NCBI GenBank assembly: GCA_951406725.2
Contig: OX597816.1
Coordinates: 130,324,001-130,388,000 of the forward strand
From: Octopus vulgaris
Lineage: Eukaryota
Direction of reading: 5' to 3'
DNA: 64,000 nucleotides
The translations under genes were made by a program, and so were the position numbers. Below the pieces are notes generated by a model. The model did no database searches and was not told where the DNA came from. It saw only the letters and a program-made list of their open reading frames with translations. Below are positions 1-13,380 of this stretch, one piece after another. Each line of letters begins with the position of its first letter. The stretch's first letter is position 1.

Positions 1-143
1 CTTGGAGTGATTGATGTTAGGAAGGGCATCCATGTAGATATCATACCAAATCAGATTGAAACCTGGTGCAGCTTACCAGTTTTCAGTCAAACTGTCCAAC
101 CCATGCCAGCATGGAAAACGGACGTTAAATGAAGATGATGATG
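1..143 (+). mobile_element. RTE-type 3' tail (similar tails at about 2140-2400, 6340-6610, 8090-8325 and 9565-9700)
   Basis: ttaggaagggcatcc...ccaacccatgccagcatggaaaacggacgttaaat(gat)n, shared with the RTE 3' end. Confidence 0.85.
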
Positions 144-1762
144 TACACAGAAAAAAATGTTGCAAATTGATTATAAGGATGATGACGAACAATTCTTTTA
201 TGCATTTCTTTTAAATATCAAAATATTTTGCTAATTACAAATGTAAGTGTATTAATTTAACTTTAAAAAAAAACAGTAAAAACATTGTGATTACAACTAA
301 AAAGGAAATGTATTTAATTCCAAAATTTAACAACAACTGAACTAAATTTATTGATGAGAAATGGAAACAAAAACTATGAACAGCTCCTAAGAATGCTGCT
401 AAAGACAAAATGCCTTACATCATTAGTAAAACAATGATTTGATAAGTTAATCTGACAGACTACTTTTCAATTATAAATGAACATTTTCTTTGAGCAATTG
501 TCTCTTTTCTTCAATAGTATAAGAATACTTTTGTGTAAACAATAATTTAAGCTTTAAACATTAAAGACATTTTAAAAAGACAGTAATTACCAATCATTGT
601 CTCTATCAATCTTAGACTAACACAAACTCCTATTAGAACTGAATTATTTGTGCTGTTCTCATTTTGCGTTCAATATTGTCAATGAAGTTCTCAAAATATT
701 TATTGATGGAAGTAATCTGATAGAATGCTTCTTTGATTTTATTGCAGTTAATCTTTAATGCAGTTAAAAATCGAAGACAATTTTCCACCAACTGCACAGA
801 CATATGCAATGGCATATTTCTCAATAATAGTCATTGAAACAATGACTATTGCAAAAGAAAATTTGAAAAATGCAAAATGATTTAAGGAAATGTTGATCAT
901 AATAAATAAATACATCTACAATCATAATAGAAATGCAAAACATCTGTAATACTGATTTTTGACACAAGAACAAATACAAGATCAACATTAGCAGGAGAGG
1001 AGAGAGAGAGAGAGAAATTAAATTGTTGTCAGTATATAAATCTTATCATTTAATGTCACTATTCCATGCTTGTATGAGTCAGACAGAATTTGTTGAGGCA
1101 GATTTTCTATGGCCAGATGCTCTTCGTGCTGCCAGTCCTTAGCTGTTTCAAAGTAAGGTAATATTTTCTGATAGCTAGACATGTTTTTTGAACAACCTCA
1201 TTGGTATGACAATGATGACACTCATTTACAGCCACCAGGTGATGTCAAGAGAAGGGTCCACACAAACACAAATTACATACATATTCATATATAGAAAAGG
1301 TTTCTTTCAGTTTCCATCTACCAAATCCACACACAAGGCTTTATAAGTCAAGGTTATAGTAGAAGACCCTTACTCAAGATGCTGTGTAGTGAGATAGAAC
1401 CCAAGCTGGGAAGCAAGCTTCTCAACCATACAGTCATGCCCACACATTATCATCATCATCATCATCTGTTATCCATACTGGCATGGATTGCACATCTCTA
1501 GTACATATTACTACTATTTATTTTTTATTGCAAATATAAAAGACTCCCAGCAAGAACTAACATTTAATATGGAATTCTACTATTTCTGCCAAATTTCAAC
1601 ACCCAATGTACAAAATAAATACAAATTAAAACTAAGTGAATTAAGCATATTAAAGCAATAAGGTTTTATTGTGAAAATATCATTTTTCATTCTTTCATAT
1701 CTTTTACTTGTGCTAGAATACATAAAATGGTTCTTGAAAGTAGCTCTTTATATATGCTTTTC

Positions 1763-1871
1763 TATTCCAATAAGAACAACTAAGATAGTTTAAATAAAGC
1801 ATATTACTCTACCCCTGGTATTTGAGTACTCTTTTTTTCCACCTTGTTTCACATTTATGTGTTTACTCTAG

Positions 1872-1907
<36 letters not shown>

Positions 1908-2011
1908 CTAGAGTAAACACATAAATGTGAAACAAGGTGGAAAAAAAGAGTACTCAAATACCAGGGGTAGAGTAATATGCTTTATTTAAACTATCTTAGT
2001 TGTTCTTATTG

Positions 2012-2016
<5 letters not shown>
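1763..2016. repeat. Long near-perfect inverted repeat with (TA)n spacer
   Basis: Arms of about 116 bp (1763-1878 / 1901-2016), with no mismatches seen by eye. Followed by (TA)n. Confidence 0.95.
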
Positions 2017-2053
<37 letters not shown>

Positions 2054-2544
2054 TTGCCCAAGGTCAAGCAGTGGGACCGAACTCGGAACCATGTAGTTGG
2101 GAAGCAAGCTTCTTATCACACAGCCACTCCTGCACCTATGTAGTGGGAACTTTTTCCTTTTCCTTTATCCATGTTTTTTTTTCTGTCTTGGAAGTTACAC
2201 AGCAACCTTACTAGTGCTGGTGACATGGAAAAGCACCCAGTACACTCTGTAAAGTGGATGGCATTAGGAAGGGCGTCCAGCAGTAGAAACCATGCCAAAC
2301 CTGACACTTGAGTTCGATATAGTCTTGTGAATAGCTGGATCTTGTCAAGCTGTCAAATCCATGTCAGCACGGAAAGCAGGTAGACATTAAATGAAGATAA
2401 CAAGTAACTCAAAAAGTTATATTTATTTGTTAATTGGACTAAATAGTTTGCAAATAAAAAAACAAATACAAGTTATTGAACTTTTAAGAAAGTTAAAAAA
2501 AAAGAATATCATTGTAAAAAACAAAGTGAACACATTTTACATAC

Positions 2545-2698
2545 CCTCATTAGTTCATTGATACAAGAATGGTATATTTTAAAAATTGCTCGAGGTGAAG
2601 GCAAACCTATGTACTGCTTGATATCAGCTCTGTCTACAAATGCCAAATCAATGGCATCTGTGATATTTGATGTTGTAAGAATCAAGACATTTGAATAA
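2545..2698 (-). CDS. TRIP13: TRIP13/PCH2 coding exon 8 (last exon found; the gene presumably continues left of the window)
   Basis: AG/GT-bounded 154-nt exon encoding [51 protein letters not shown] (sensor-1 TTSN and Arg-finger DRAD region). Phase is compatible with exon 7. Confidence 0.95.
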
Positions 2699-2951
2699 CT
2701 GCAAAGAAATTTTAGATAGATTAAGCAAAAGAGGAAAAGAGAATTATGAAAAAAAAGAATCAAATTCAATCCTGCTAATAACATATTTCTGAACAGAAAA
2801 TAAATTCTGCTTCAGCTTAATTAAATGTTTTTTTTTTTGGTACAAATCATTTGAAGCAATGAATGGGATGTATTTGCTCAAAGGTGTGTGTACAATATAG
2901 TGGGGGGAGGGGGAGATTAGTAGAAAACCATAAGAAGCCAAAAGAACATAC

Positions 2952-3058
2952 TTTTTGATTTGGTCGATCTTCGTCAGAAGAGCATTGACCACTCTAATAG
3001 CATCAGACGGTTCATTGCCATTCAGACTGTTTTTTCTTGCAGCAGTAAGACTTTCAAC
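2952..3058 (-). CDS. TRIP13: TRIP13 coding exon 7
   Basis: 107-nt exon, tag|GTT...AA|gtatgt, encoding [35 protein letters not shown] (PCH2 signature [14 protein letters not shown]). Confidence 0.95.
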
Positions 3059-4294
3059 CTAATCAATTACAAGCATCAAGACTTTGTTTCACTTTAAATA
3101 GAAATTAATCAATCAAAATATATAATGGTCATGCACAAACAAAACTGAACTCAGCATTTCATTTAAAAAGATGAAAACATGCAACTTTGCAGTTTGAGAA
3201 ACAATATATTTCAAAATCTTTCAATCAAGAAACTATGATAGTTTGTATAAGTTTAGCGAGAGAAACTTCCATTACTAACTTCAAGGTATGCTTATCATCA
3301 TTAATAACAAGGTCTGAACATGTTCTTATCTTAATAGCTACAATAGATTTATTTGTTCTAGATTTCTATCAACTTGAAATTCTAAACACTTATAACAGAT
3401 GCTGATTAAGGAAACATTAAAGTTAATTTTTTTTTACTATAACACTAAGAATAAAGTTCATATCTATAATCTGTGGCTAAATATTATGTCAGTGATTTAA
3501 AAAGATGAAAAAAATTGGTTTTGCAATCTATTTTTTAGCATAGTCTTCCAAACTTAGATATTAATTTATTACGTGCATGTGAATGTATTTTGTCTGCTGT
3601 GATGATTGCTTTTGGTTAAAATCCAATTTAACAAAAAAGGTCAGGAATTTGACGAAACCATTTTTTTTTACCTCATTTCTATTCTCAGGTAAAAGATATA
3701 ACCATGTCAATTTCCAATCACATGACCTACCTAACATTGAGTGCCCAGCTTTGAAATAAGTAGTACCTACAATAAGTTAGGAGGTACAGTGAGACAAGTA
3801 GAGAAATAATCTTTATCAGCAATACCTGCTACAGTATTATATCTGACACAAGATTTGGATACCTGATCTTTGGGTCAGTAATCCAGTACTTTAAGCACAT
3901 AGGCATTCCTATGTTAAATATCAGTACAGTTCACACATCTTATTATTGCATAAATGGTTGCTGGAAGATTTGTTTTCAACAAATGGTATGACCAATTGTC
4001 ACTGTATGAAAGAAGTTTATTTTAACTTTGATGGGAGAGCTTATTTCAAGTTTTGTTTATCAGAGTTTCTACACAAATACAATATTGTATTGGTGACAGG
4101 CTATGAACTACCAACCTTTCACCTGGTCAGTGGACCACCATTAACAACTCAACAACTATTATTGAAGATGAGTACACACACACATACATACACACTTTAA
4201 GCACCATAAATATGATGTCAAGAAGCTTTAATTTAACTTTTTGATTAAGTTTCAAAGCATTTATTGAATGTACATCAAATAAAAAAGTACTTAC

Positions 4295-4381
4295 TTCATC
4301 TATTAATACAAATACCAAAGCTTCATTGTCAATAATTATCTCTTCAATTTTCTCAAACAACTTTACAACAAGTTTACCACT
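4295..4381 (-). CDS. TRIP13: TRIP13 coding exon 6
   Basis: 87-nt phase-0 exon encoding SGKLVVKLFEKIEEIIIDNEALVFVLIDE (Walker B). Donor gtaagt. Confidence 0.95.
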
Positions 4382-4796
4382 CTATAAGTGAAAGAAACAA
4401 TGTCAGTTTGAATAACAGATATATTAGGTTCTCAAGATTTAATCAGCAAATGACTTTATACTTTTTGATGGGAAGAAGAGGATAAAAAAAAACAGATACA
4501 AAAATATCTCAATGAATCAACATTAGGGAAGTCCCACACATCTGCTCAACTTGCTAGGAATAGCAACCGAATTACCCTCATCAGGCCATTGCCACTACTT
4601 TTGTACTCAATCTCCTCATCACTAACCAAAATATAACTGTCTAATGGTTTCTCTTTCATTCATTACTCTTTCCTCTAATAGCCTCATGCTCTTATCACAA
4701 TGTTTCCCCCATCATAATATCTCTATCACCCTCTTTTATATGCACACCACCACCACTAAAACAACAACAACATAAGCAAGAGAGGACTGACTCTTT

Positions 4797-5500
4797 TGTC
4801 TTGGTATGTGTTATGCGTACGTATGGGTTTTTGTGACTATGTATTGTGTCTGTATGTATATCACTATGTGTGCGGATGTGTGTCTCCATATGTATCCTTG
4901 TGTGAAGTGTGTGTGTGTATGGTCATGTGTTTCAGTCATTTGTGTATGTGTGTGTATGTATGCTTGTCTGTTCATATAACCTCTTTACCTGTCCATCTAT
5001 ATGTCTCTCTGTTTACTTTCATATCCATATACTTACATACATGTGCATATACATTTACACATACACACACATCTATCTACATATCAACCCACTAACTATT
5101 CTAGTTGTATATAAATACAAATATAAATGAAACATCCCCAGTACTAAATAGGAAATATACATAGTAGATAATCACACTCCCATACCCACATTTTACATTT
5201 ATATACAGGTAGAATAGTTAGTGGGCTGTTATGTAGATGATTTTGTGTGTGTATATGTGTATGCACATGTATGTATGCATATGGATATGAAAGTAAACAG
5301 ACATATACACGGATAGGTACATAGGTTATATGAACAGACTCATACATACACACACAAAGACTAAAACACACGACCATATACACACACACTTCATACAAGG
5401 ACACATATGCAGACACACATCCACACATATGGAGATGCACATCCATACATACAGACACAGTACATAGTCACAAAAACCCATACACACACACTCAGACAGA
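4797..5500. repeat. Diverged inverted repeat with ~320-bp GT/CA-rich arms
   Basis: For example, gggtttttgtgactatgta / tacatagtcacaaaaaccc and cccactaactattcta / tagaatagttagtggg. Confidence 0.85.
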
Positions 5501-7324
5501 AGTATACACACACACACATGAACACACAAACACGAATACACAAACATATGAATATGCAGAATACCTACAAGCGTACACACATATATACATAAGCATACAC
5601 ACACTTGCATGAATGCATACATACATGTGTATGTGCTCACAGACAAAAATAATGGACAGAGTTAACTACTATTGAAAAGGTTGCAAGACGTAACGAAAAT
5701 TTTAGAAAAATAAATAAGTAAATGAGTGGAAATTTTACTAGTGAGTGTATCAAATTATAGGGCACTAAAAGAGAATGACTCTCCCCAGACACCACAAAAT
5801 AATTTATATAGTTACGGTGATATGAAAGTGGAAGTCATGCGTAACTGAAATCATATGTGTAACGAAAAATTCATCTTTGTTCTAATGAACAAATGGTACC
5901 AAAATTAATGAATATAGCTAGGAACGGCTGTACCCCCCCAGTATTAATGCATACAATGTAATGGAAATATTTTATGATAAAGATGTACTTTAATTTATAA
6001 AGGTGTTATACTTCAGTTCATAGGTTAGTATGAACTTGAGTACCTTCTTGATTTTTCATCAGATGATTAAGATTTTAATTGTAGACTGATTAACATAGCC
6101 TACTAACATAGTTTCATCATCCTCATTTAACATTCACCCTCAATGTCACCTCACCTATTCTCACCATCCCCACAGTCCCTTGATGACATGTCCCAATACA
6201 TTTTTGCCATCATCTCTCTCTCTCTCTCTCTCTCACTATTGCTCTCTTCATCTTCCTAACTTACTCCCCTTTATTTTTTCCAAATGGGAAATCAATGTAT
6301 CTACTCTACAGCTAGACACCTATACTTTCAATCTCTCAACTAGCACAAAGCCACATCCCCTCACTACTACTGCCCCCTTCCAGTTGAGGGTTTTTTGTCT
6401 TGTAAGGTACTTGGTAACCCTGTTGGTGTTGGTGCTATGTAAAAAGTACACCCTGTAAAATTGTTGGCATTAGGAATGGCATCCAGCTGTAGAAACCATG
6501 CCAAAACAGACAATAGAACCTTGTGCAGCTCCTGGCCTTGCCAGCTCCTATCAAACAATCCAACGTATGCCAGCATGGAAAACAGATGTATGATAATGAT
6601 GATGATTACAGCTGGATGGCCCTTCCTGCCAACAAATCTCACCTGTCTCCAAGCAAAGTAATATTTTTCCATAGATAGATATGTTTTACATGAAAGATTG
6701 GAAATGAACAACCACATTCATATGATGATGCTCATTTATAACAATCACACAACACACACACACACACACACAAAAAAACACACATATATGATGGGCTTCT
6801 TTCATTTTCCATTTACAAATCCACTCACAAGATTTTGATTAGCTTGGGGGCTATAGTAGAAGATACTATCCTAAGGTACTGGGCAATGGTACTGAACCCA
6901 ACATAACATGGCTAGGAAACAAGCTTCTTAACCACACAGCCATGCATGTGCCTCTATTTCATATTAAAGAAACTCAAAGATAAACTCACATCCAAACATA
7001 CACAAATAACTGAATGAACTCAAATAGATTAAAAAAGAACATAAAAAATGACATTGGAATACAATTTCTAAAACAAGGTGATACAATCAGAATAAGTAAA
7101 GATAATTAAATTATATAATTATTAACAGTTAGAAGGAAATGCAATGTGAATTACTTTAGATAATTAAATGATATAGCGGCAATTTATTTGTTGTCAACAA
7201 ATTAAAATTTTGTCATCGAGGAAAAAAATATAAAGCTAAGGATAAAAAGGAGTAAATATATTAAATTGTTTTATCAAATTTATAACAATATAAAGAATGA
7301 AATTAAGATGAGAAATAATCTTAC

Positions 7325-7461
7325 TTCTGAAAACCACTTAGAAAACAATCCATGACTGTTAAGTTCTATTAATGTGCCGTAACTATAGCGGTCGGATAGT
7401 TGAATAGATATTTTCTGTGCCAGAGCTTTACACAGAGAAGTTTTCCCAGTTCCTGGTGGTC
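7325..7461 (-). CDS. TRIP13: TRIP13 coding exon 5
   Basis: 137-nt exon encoding (G)[45 protein letters not shown] (Walker A and pore loop SKWFSE). Donor gtaaga. Confidence 0.96.
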
Positions 7462-8324
7462 CTAGAACATATAATATCAATGAAAATTAACAATAAACTT
7501 TATTCTTTAACAAAGAATCATGATGGTCAAGTAGATAAAAGGACAGTCTCTTGGGTTTAAAAGTAGTGTGATTGCATCTCATCATTACTGCAATTTTATG
7601 CTGAGGGCAAAAGAATAAACTTCACTTGTCTGTTGACAGAGAAATAAAAAGCAGAAAGAAAAGAACTGGTAGTAGATCACGAAACAATTTGAGTGGTTTG
7701 GTGATGTATGATGAAGAAAACCAAATCTCCTCAAAAAGATAAAATATTCTTTAAAATCCATATGGTCGATGAAAGATAAATCGAAACAGTACATTTGTTT
7801 CAATTTATAATGGGCAGAACAAAACAGGTTTCCTAATGTAAGAAACCTGTTCTGGCCTCTTCTTTCATACTTTAACCCTTTAGCATTCAAACTGGCCATA
7901 TCAGGTTCAAATATTCTACCTGTTTTATGTTTAAACTAGCTGGATTTGGGCTCTTACACCTACCCTACAATGTCAGTCTAAAAACAAACAATCACATCAC
8001 TGAAATCTCAGAACTACAAGATAATGCATAATTAAAACAAAATGATTTCAGTAAATAAGCATTACATTTGACTGAATAATCTGAATGCTACCTCACATCT
8101 CTCAGTATAAAGCTGCTCCTCCTTCTAGAGTAACCTCACTCAGTCAATGGGAGTTTTAATCTTATAAGTCACATGACAATCCCACTAGTGGTGGTGTCAC
8201 AAAAAAAAGCACCCCATATACTCTGTAAAGTGTTAGGCATTAAAAAAATATCCAGCTGCAGAACTCATGCTAAAGTAGACACTGGATCATACTGCGGTCT
8301 TTGGAAGATGGACATTAACAGATG

Positions 8325-9095
8325 ATCTTTTATCTTTTACTTGTTTATGCCATTAAACTGCAGCCATGCTGGGGCACCATCATCATCATCATCGTTTAGC
8401 GTCCGTTTTCCATGCTAGCATGGGTTGGACGGTTCTACTGGGGTCTGTGAAGCCAGAAAGTTTCATCAGGCCCAGTCAAATCTGGCAGTGTTTCTACGGC
8501 TGGATGCCCTTCCTAACGCCAACCACTCCGTGAGTGTAGTGGGTACTTTTTACGTGCCACCCGCACAGGTGCCAGACAGAGCTGGCAAACGGCCACGAAC
8601 GGATGGTGCTTTTTATGTGCCACCGGCACGAGGGTCAGGTGAGGCTGGCAACGGACACGAACGGATGGTGCTTTTTACGTGCCACCGGCACGAGGCCAGT
8701 CGGGGTGGCGCTGGCAACGGTCGTGAAACGGAAGGTTCTCTTACATGCCACCGGCACTGGTAACACCACCTTAAAGAATTCTTAGTCAAATGAATTGACC
8801 CCAGTACTTATTTAATTATACCTGGAACTTATTCTATTGGTCTCTTTTGCCAGACTGCTAATTTACAGGAACATAAACACACCAACACTAGTTGTCAAGC
8901 AGCGGCAGGAACAAACACAAAGACACACACACAAAGATATATGTGACAAGCTTCTTCCAGATTCTGTCTGTCAAGGCTTTGGTTGGCCTCAGCATACAGT
9001 AGAAGACACTTGTCCAAGGTGCCATGCAGTGGGACTGAATCCAAGACCATGTAGTTAGGAAGCAAGCTTCTTACCACACACCCATGCCTGCATCT
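8325..9095 (-). mobile_element. SINE family A copy interrupted by an RTE fragment
   Basis: Tail at 8325-8379 and body/head at 8764-9095 match the 39248-39632 element. Confidence 0.8.
8380..8763 (-). mobile_element. RTE 3'-end fragment nested in a SINE
   Basis: Near-identical to 56240-56480, with a (CAT)n tail, about 4 array cores, and candidate TSD cacca (8375-8379 / 8764-8768). Confidence 0.9.
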
Positions 9096-10197
9096 ACGAT
9101 GATGATTCTTAAGCTTTCTTTTCAATGTTTCACTGACATTTTCCATGATAGCAAAAGCGAAATGGTCTTTATTGGGGCACTTGTTTAATCCTAGAGTATA
9201 TCTAAGACTACATTATTCAATATGTTCTTCACTTTTTATAAGATGGTGTGTGATTTGAGGAAAATTAGGTTACTATTTCAAGGAGGTCAAGCAACTACAG
9301 TTCTTTATCAAGGCAACTGTTTTACTATTACTCAATAGATTAGATATGAATAAAACCTATTAGTCAGATGTCAAACAAGTGCACAAACAGAAGCAACTAT
9401 GGTTTGTCCATAATCCAAGAGTATGGCTGTGAGTATGGTTTCAAGTCATGATTATGCTGTTTACACTGTTGCATTTTAATCTCATAATTGTTGTTGTTCA
9501 ACCTTAGATGATCCCTGGCCAAAGAGACCTATGATAAAAGGCAGTCAAGTTGTGACTAGCTCAGTATTAGAAAGGGCATCCAACCATAGAAACCATACCA
9601 AACAGACAATGTAGTCTGGCATGGCCCCCGGTGTTACCAGCTCCAGTCAAACTGTCCAACCCATGCCAGCATGGAAAATGGATGTTAAATGATGATGATA
9701 ATGAACTGCATTATCCAATGTATGCTTTTTTTACTAAGAAAGAAGGGTACAAGCTGAAGGTACTTGGCTGATATTTTTAGCATATTGGGGTTTCATAGGA
9801 ATCCCTATTTTGTTTGATATCAATCTAACAAATCCATTACTTTATATTTTATTTATTTAGAATTGTTTTCCTTAATCTGTTTTACCAAAGAACTTTTTCT
9901 AGAGGAAACATTACTTAGTGGAATTGTCATACAAAGATGCAGTAACAACAACAAATTAGCTAGAAATAGCAACCAAATCTCTCCTGAATCACACCGTAAC
10001 ATATTAAAAAAATAATAGAACAGGATGGTCGCAACTGGAACACTTTTGATTACAAGTCTGCTTGATCACTGGGATCGCTTGAGGCTAAAGAACAACTGAC
10101 AAGACATTTGTTCAAACAGCATTCAAATCTCTCAGCATCTTACAATGAGAGAGAAAAAGAGAATTATATAATAGTAAATTTCAGAAACTGAGCTTAC

Positions 10198-10288
10198 CAT
10201 GCAGAAGAATTACTCGATTCCAGGAGATTATATTACTGTTGACTTTATTATCAGAGAAGAGAAGTGTAGTCATAGCATAATTCAAAAG
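10198..10288 (-). CDS. TRIP13: TRIP13 coding exon 4 (not in ORF track)
   Basis: 91-nt exon, cag|CTT...G|gtaagc, encoding LLNYAMTTLLFSDNKVNSNIISWNRVILLH(G). Joins Walker A in frame. Confidence 0.95.
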
Positions 10289-10389
10289 CTGGTTGAAAGA
10301 AAGAAAAACAAGGTAATGGTAACCAGATAGTAAATAATTACTAGTACCAAATTAAAGTTTTGTTTTGGGTTCACTAAATAATCACCACC

Positions 10390-13380
10390 ATAAAATTTAT
10401 GTTGGTTTTTCCATGTTTGCATGGGTTAGGTGGACCTTCTACAACAAAGAGTTTTGCCACACATTAAGATCTTTTGTCATCACCTTCATGAGGCTTAGCC
10501 TCTTGAGATAATCCTTTAACACTTTTCATGTTTTCTCATTTTGCAGGTTCCTTCCAATGGTGGATCACTTGGCATTTCTTTACCCAACTGTCTTCCTCCA
10601 TATGCATCACATGTCCATACCAATATTGTTTCCTCTCTTGCTTACCACTAATACTTAGTTTTTCTCTCAGTTCATTTGTACTCTATCGTTCATGCACCCT
10701 AACAGTACACATCCAGTGAAACATGCTGGTCTTCTTTCTTTCCAACCTTTGCACATCCTCTGCATTTAATGTTTACTTTGCATTACTATGAAAGATTGTA
10801 CACAAGAATCCTTATTGCTATGGAGACTTAATCCTAGATTGACACTGAGTAGATATAAGATCAAAGGTATTCTGCCCATGACCATCCCATCTTTTACTTA
10901 TGTGTGGGAAATCCAGAGCTACATTATCCAAAGTGTTCTTGTCTAACACAGTAGAAGGGATTAGAGGAAATATGGCTGTATCTAACAGGTCAGTCAACCA
11001 TGTACACATTTTCTTATTGGTTTGAGAATCTTCTTGTTGCTCCTTGAAAATTTTCCACCCAACTCTTATTGTCTACTATGCTTTTGGAACACTCAGCTTC
11101 ACTGTTAATTAAGTCACTTAGACAGCAGAAACAATCAACTACTTCTTAGAATTATTCCAAAGATTTGAAAAAATTTATTTCAAGAGTCATCATACTACTA
11201 TATTCTCCTGTGCATACGCAACAATTAAAGTCTTCCTCATCTGTCACCCTGCTTTTGAGCCCACTACACCTCTTATGTACCCATAGTTGACATTGAGTAC
11301 AATGTATGAAATTCTTACCAACTCTTTTTCTTTATATTGAATATGACTGCTTCCCAAATGGCACTGGAGTCCAGTCTTCTTGCCTGCTAAATAAAACTTT
11401 TGTCTTTGCTAAGTTTATGTTGCAACCTCTCAATTCTAGGTTTTACTTCTATATTTGGAATTTCTTTCAATCTTTCACAGCTTCAGCTATGAAAATTGGG
11501 TCATTAGTATACAGCAGTTCCCATGGACAACTGGTTTAAATGTTTTTATAGCCTGAAGAACTATAACAACAGGAGTGGGCTGAGAATTGAACATTGATGG
11601 ACATACGCCTGCACACTAAATTCCTCAATGAACTCATTGCAAAAACTCACTTTTCTAATGGCACCTCTGTACATAGCTTGCACAGTTCTCACCAGCCATT
11701 CATTTATATATAGTTTACTTAGTAATCACCTGATTATAGTGTGTGAAACTCTGTCAAAAGACTCCAGATCAAAAATAATGGTATGCCCTTACCCAAAAAT
11801 AATGGCGTGTCTGTACTCATCTCACTCTTAAGAGGTTATCTCATTTAAACTAATTATCTTCCTAATCAGTTATGCTGTACCTTTTGTTACTTTCATGATT
11901 TGGTACATCATTTAATTTTGCTGCAGTTGCATCTTTCTAGAGCTTCTCCTTTGCCTTTGTAACAGTTTATTATAATACTAGACCAGTCACAGGCTATGAT
12001 GCTACTTTATATGACTCGATTGAGTGACTAGCTGTTGGTCCAATTGCTTTCTCTGCCTTCAAATCTTTAATTGTAGTTCTGCACACATGGTTATCAACTT
12101 CAATAGCTGGTCCCTCATTCTGTTAAACATTATCCTCATTCAATATGTTCAAGTCCTTTCTTCTCAATAAGTGTGCAGCTGTCATTCTGTACATACTTTT
12201 TCTTAATGATATCTTCATTTGCACTGATACATTCCTTAGCTATCTAAAATATTCCATACTTCTGAACATCTCCTTGCAGAGCATAGGCAAACTTCTTACT
12301 TTCAGCTCTCTTCATGCTACGTAAATCTGATGTCCAACTTCTAGCTACTTGACATTGTTCTTTGCTTTCTCACCTTCTAATCTTTCCAGGACTGTCTTTG
12401 TCTTTAGCCTTTATAGCTCTATCAACTGTATCATTCCACCACCATGTCACCTTCAATCTGGCTGGAACCTTGTTCCATTTACAGATCTTGCGCACTGACT
12501 TGCATTAAAATCTTTCAATTGTCCTTTATTGTATACATAGTATGTTATATCTCCTTTGCCTCCTTATTGTCATATGCATCAAAAATACTTCCTTGAATTC
12601 AAATCTTATCAAGAAGCCTTTCAAATTCCATACTTTCTTTTTCCATGTTGTCTTATGCCTCTGAGTTCATCTAGGTCTTATTCTGATATCATTTATTTCT
12701 AGCCTATGTTGAGTAGAAATTCTTTACTGGAGGACTTGATATTCACAAATTGCCTACACCCTTTCCTGGAGAATATGAAGTGTATCTAGTTTTCATGTTC
12801 ACTTGATTGGTAGATTTAAAAGAGGGCCTCAGAAAAGCAGTCTATTTCCTCATCTGTCAGTCCTTATTAGTGGGTAGGTGGGTGGTGAGACAGATTACTG
12901 TTACCGTCATGTTTCTCTATGTCTGTTGGATCCACACGAGTAGACTCACTTTCATACATTCTCCACATTCAGCAGCTTCTCATAGTAACACTTCCATGTC
13001 TGTTCTACAGCTTTATTGAGAGCAAGTGTGCTCTTATTGCCTTGAAAACATTTTGATTCTCTCTAGTACACTGCCTTGTTAGTCTGAATGCCTTGCCCCT
13101 CTGATTCTCATGACACAGAATATGTGCAAACTTCTTTCTTTCTGTTGTTCCCCTTTCTAAGTATACTTGATGTCTGGCAATTTGATATATTTTTGTTTTT
13201 GCAATCCACTTTCTTTGTCTGATCAAGCTTGTCTCTTATCTTTTATAGCCCTATGTACAATACTATAGCATAACCCTATCACTTACCTTTTGGTTGAGAC
13301 CTTACCCCTACCACAAATCTAATCTATAGCTTTCAGCAGGTTGTCCTGGAGAAATGACCAATTTTTCTCTGTGTTATAAG
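10390..13380 (-). mobile_element. Old, fragmented RTE LINE in TRIP13 intron 3 (interrupted by other repeats)
   Basis: Residual similarity to the 57-60 kb copy: 3' tail near 10400, Zn-finger region 11170-11370, and KKFAHILCHENQR / TRQCTREN at 13005-13226. Confidence 0.75.
10810..11010. repeat. Unclassified dispersed repeat family (copies at ~9180-9300, 9495-9800, 9960-10090, 16320-16440, 17225-17400, 36410-36510, 55330-55510, 60510-60600)
   Basis: Recurring approximate consensus ggtgtgatttgagggagatttggctgctatttctagcaggtc and gatcaaagg..ttccag...tgaccatcc. Confidence 0.65.

Noticed and set aside
633-824. 63-aa minus ORF as a possible TRIP13 C-terminal exon
   Set aside because: It lacks the expected GLSGR.LRKLP motif, has an in-frame stop just upstream, and has no convincing splice sites.
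4695-5646. Cluster of Cys/Val/His/Thr-rich ORFs
   Set aside because: These are translations of GT/CA low-complexity inverted repeats.
6000-6070. CTGATGA on the minus strand as a hammerhead core (also 27900-27940 and 19975-20025)
   Set aside because: No correctly placed stem II + GAAA + UH could be built.
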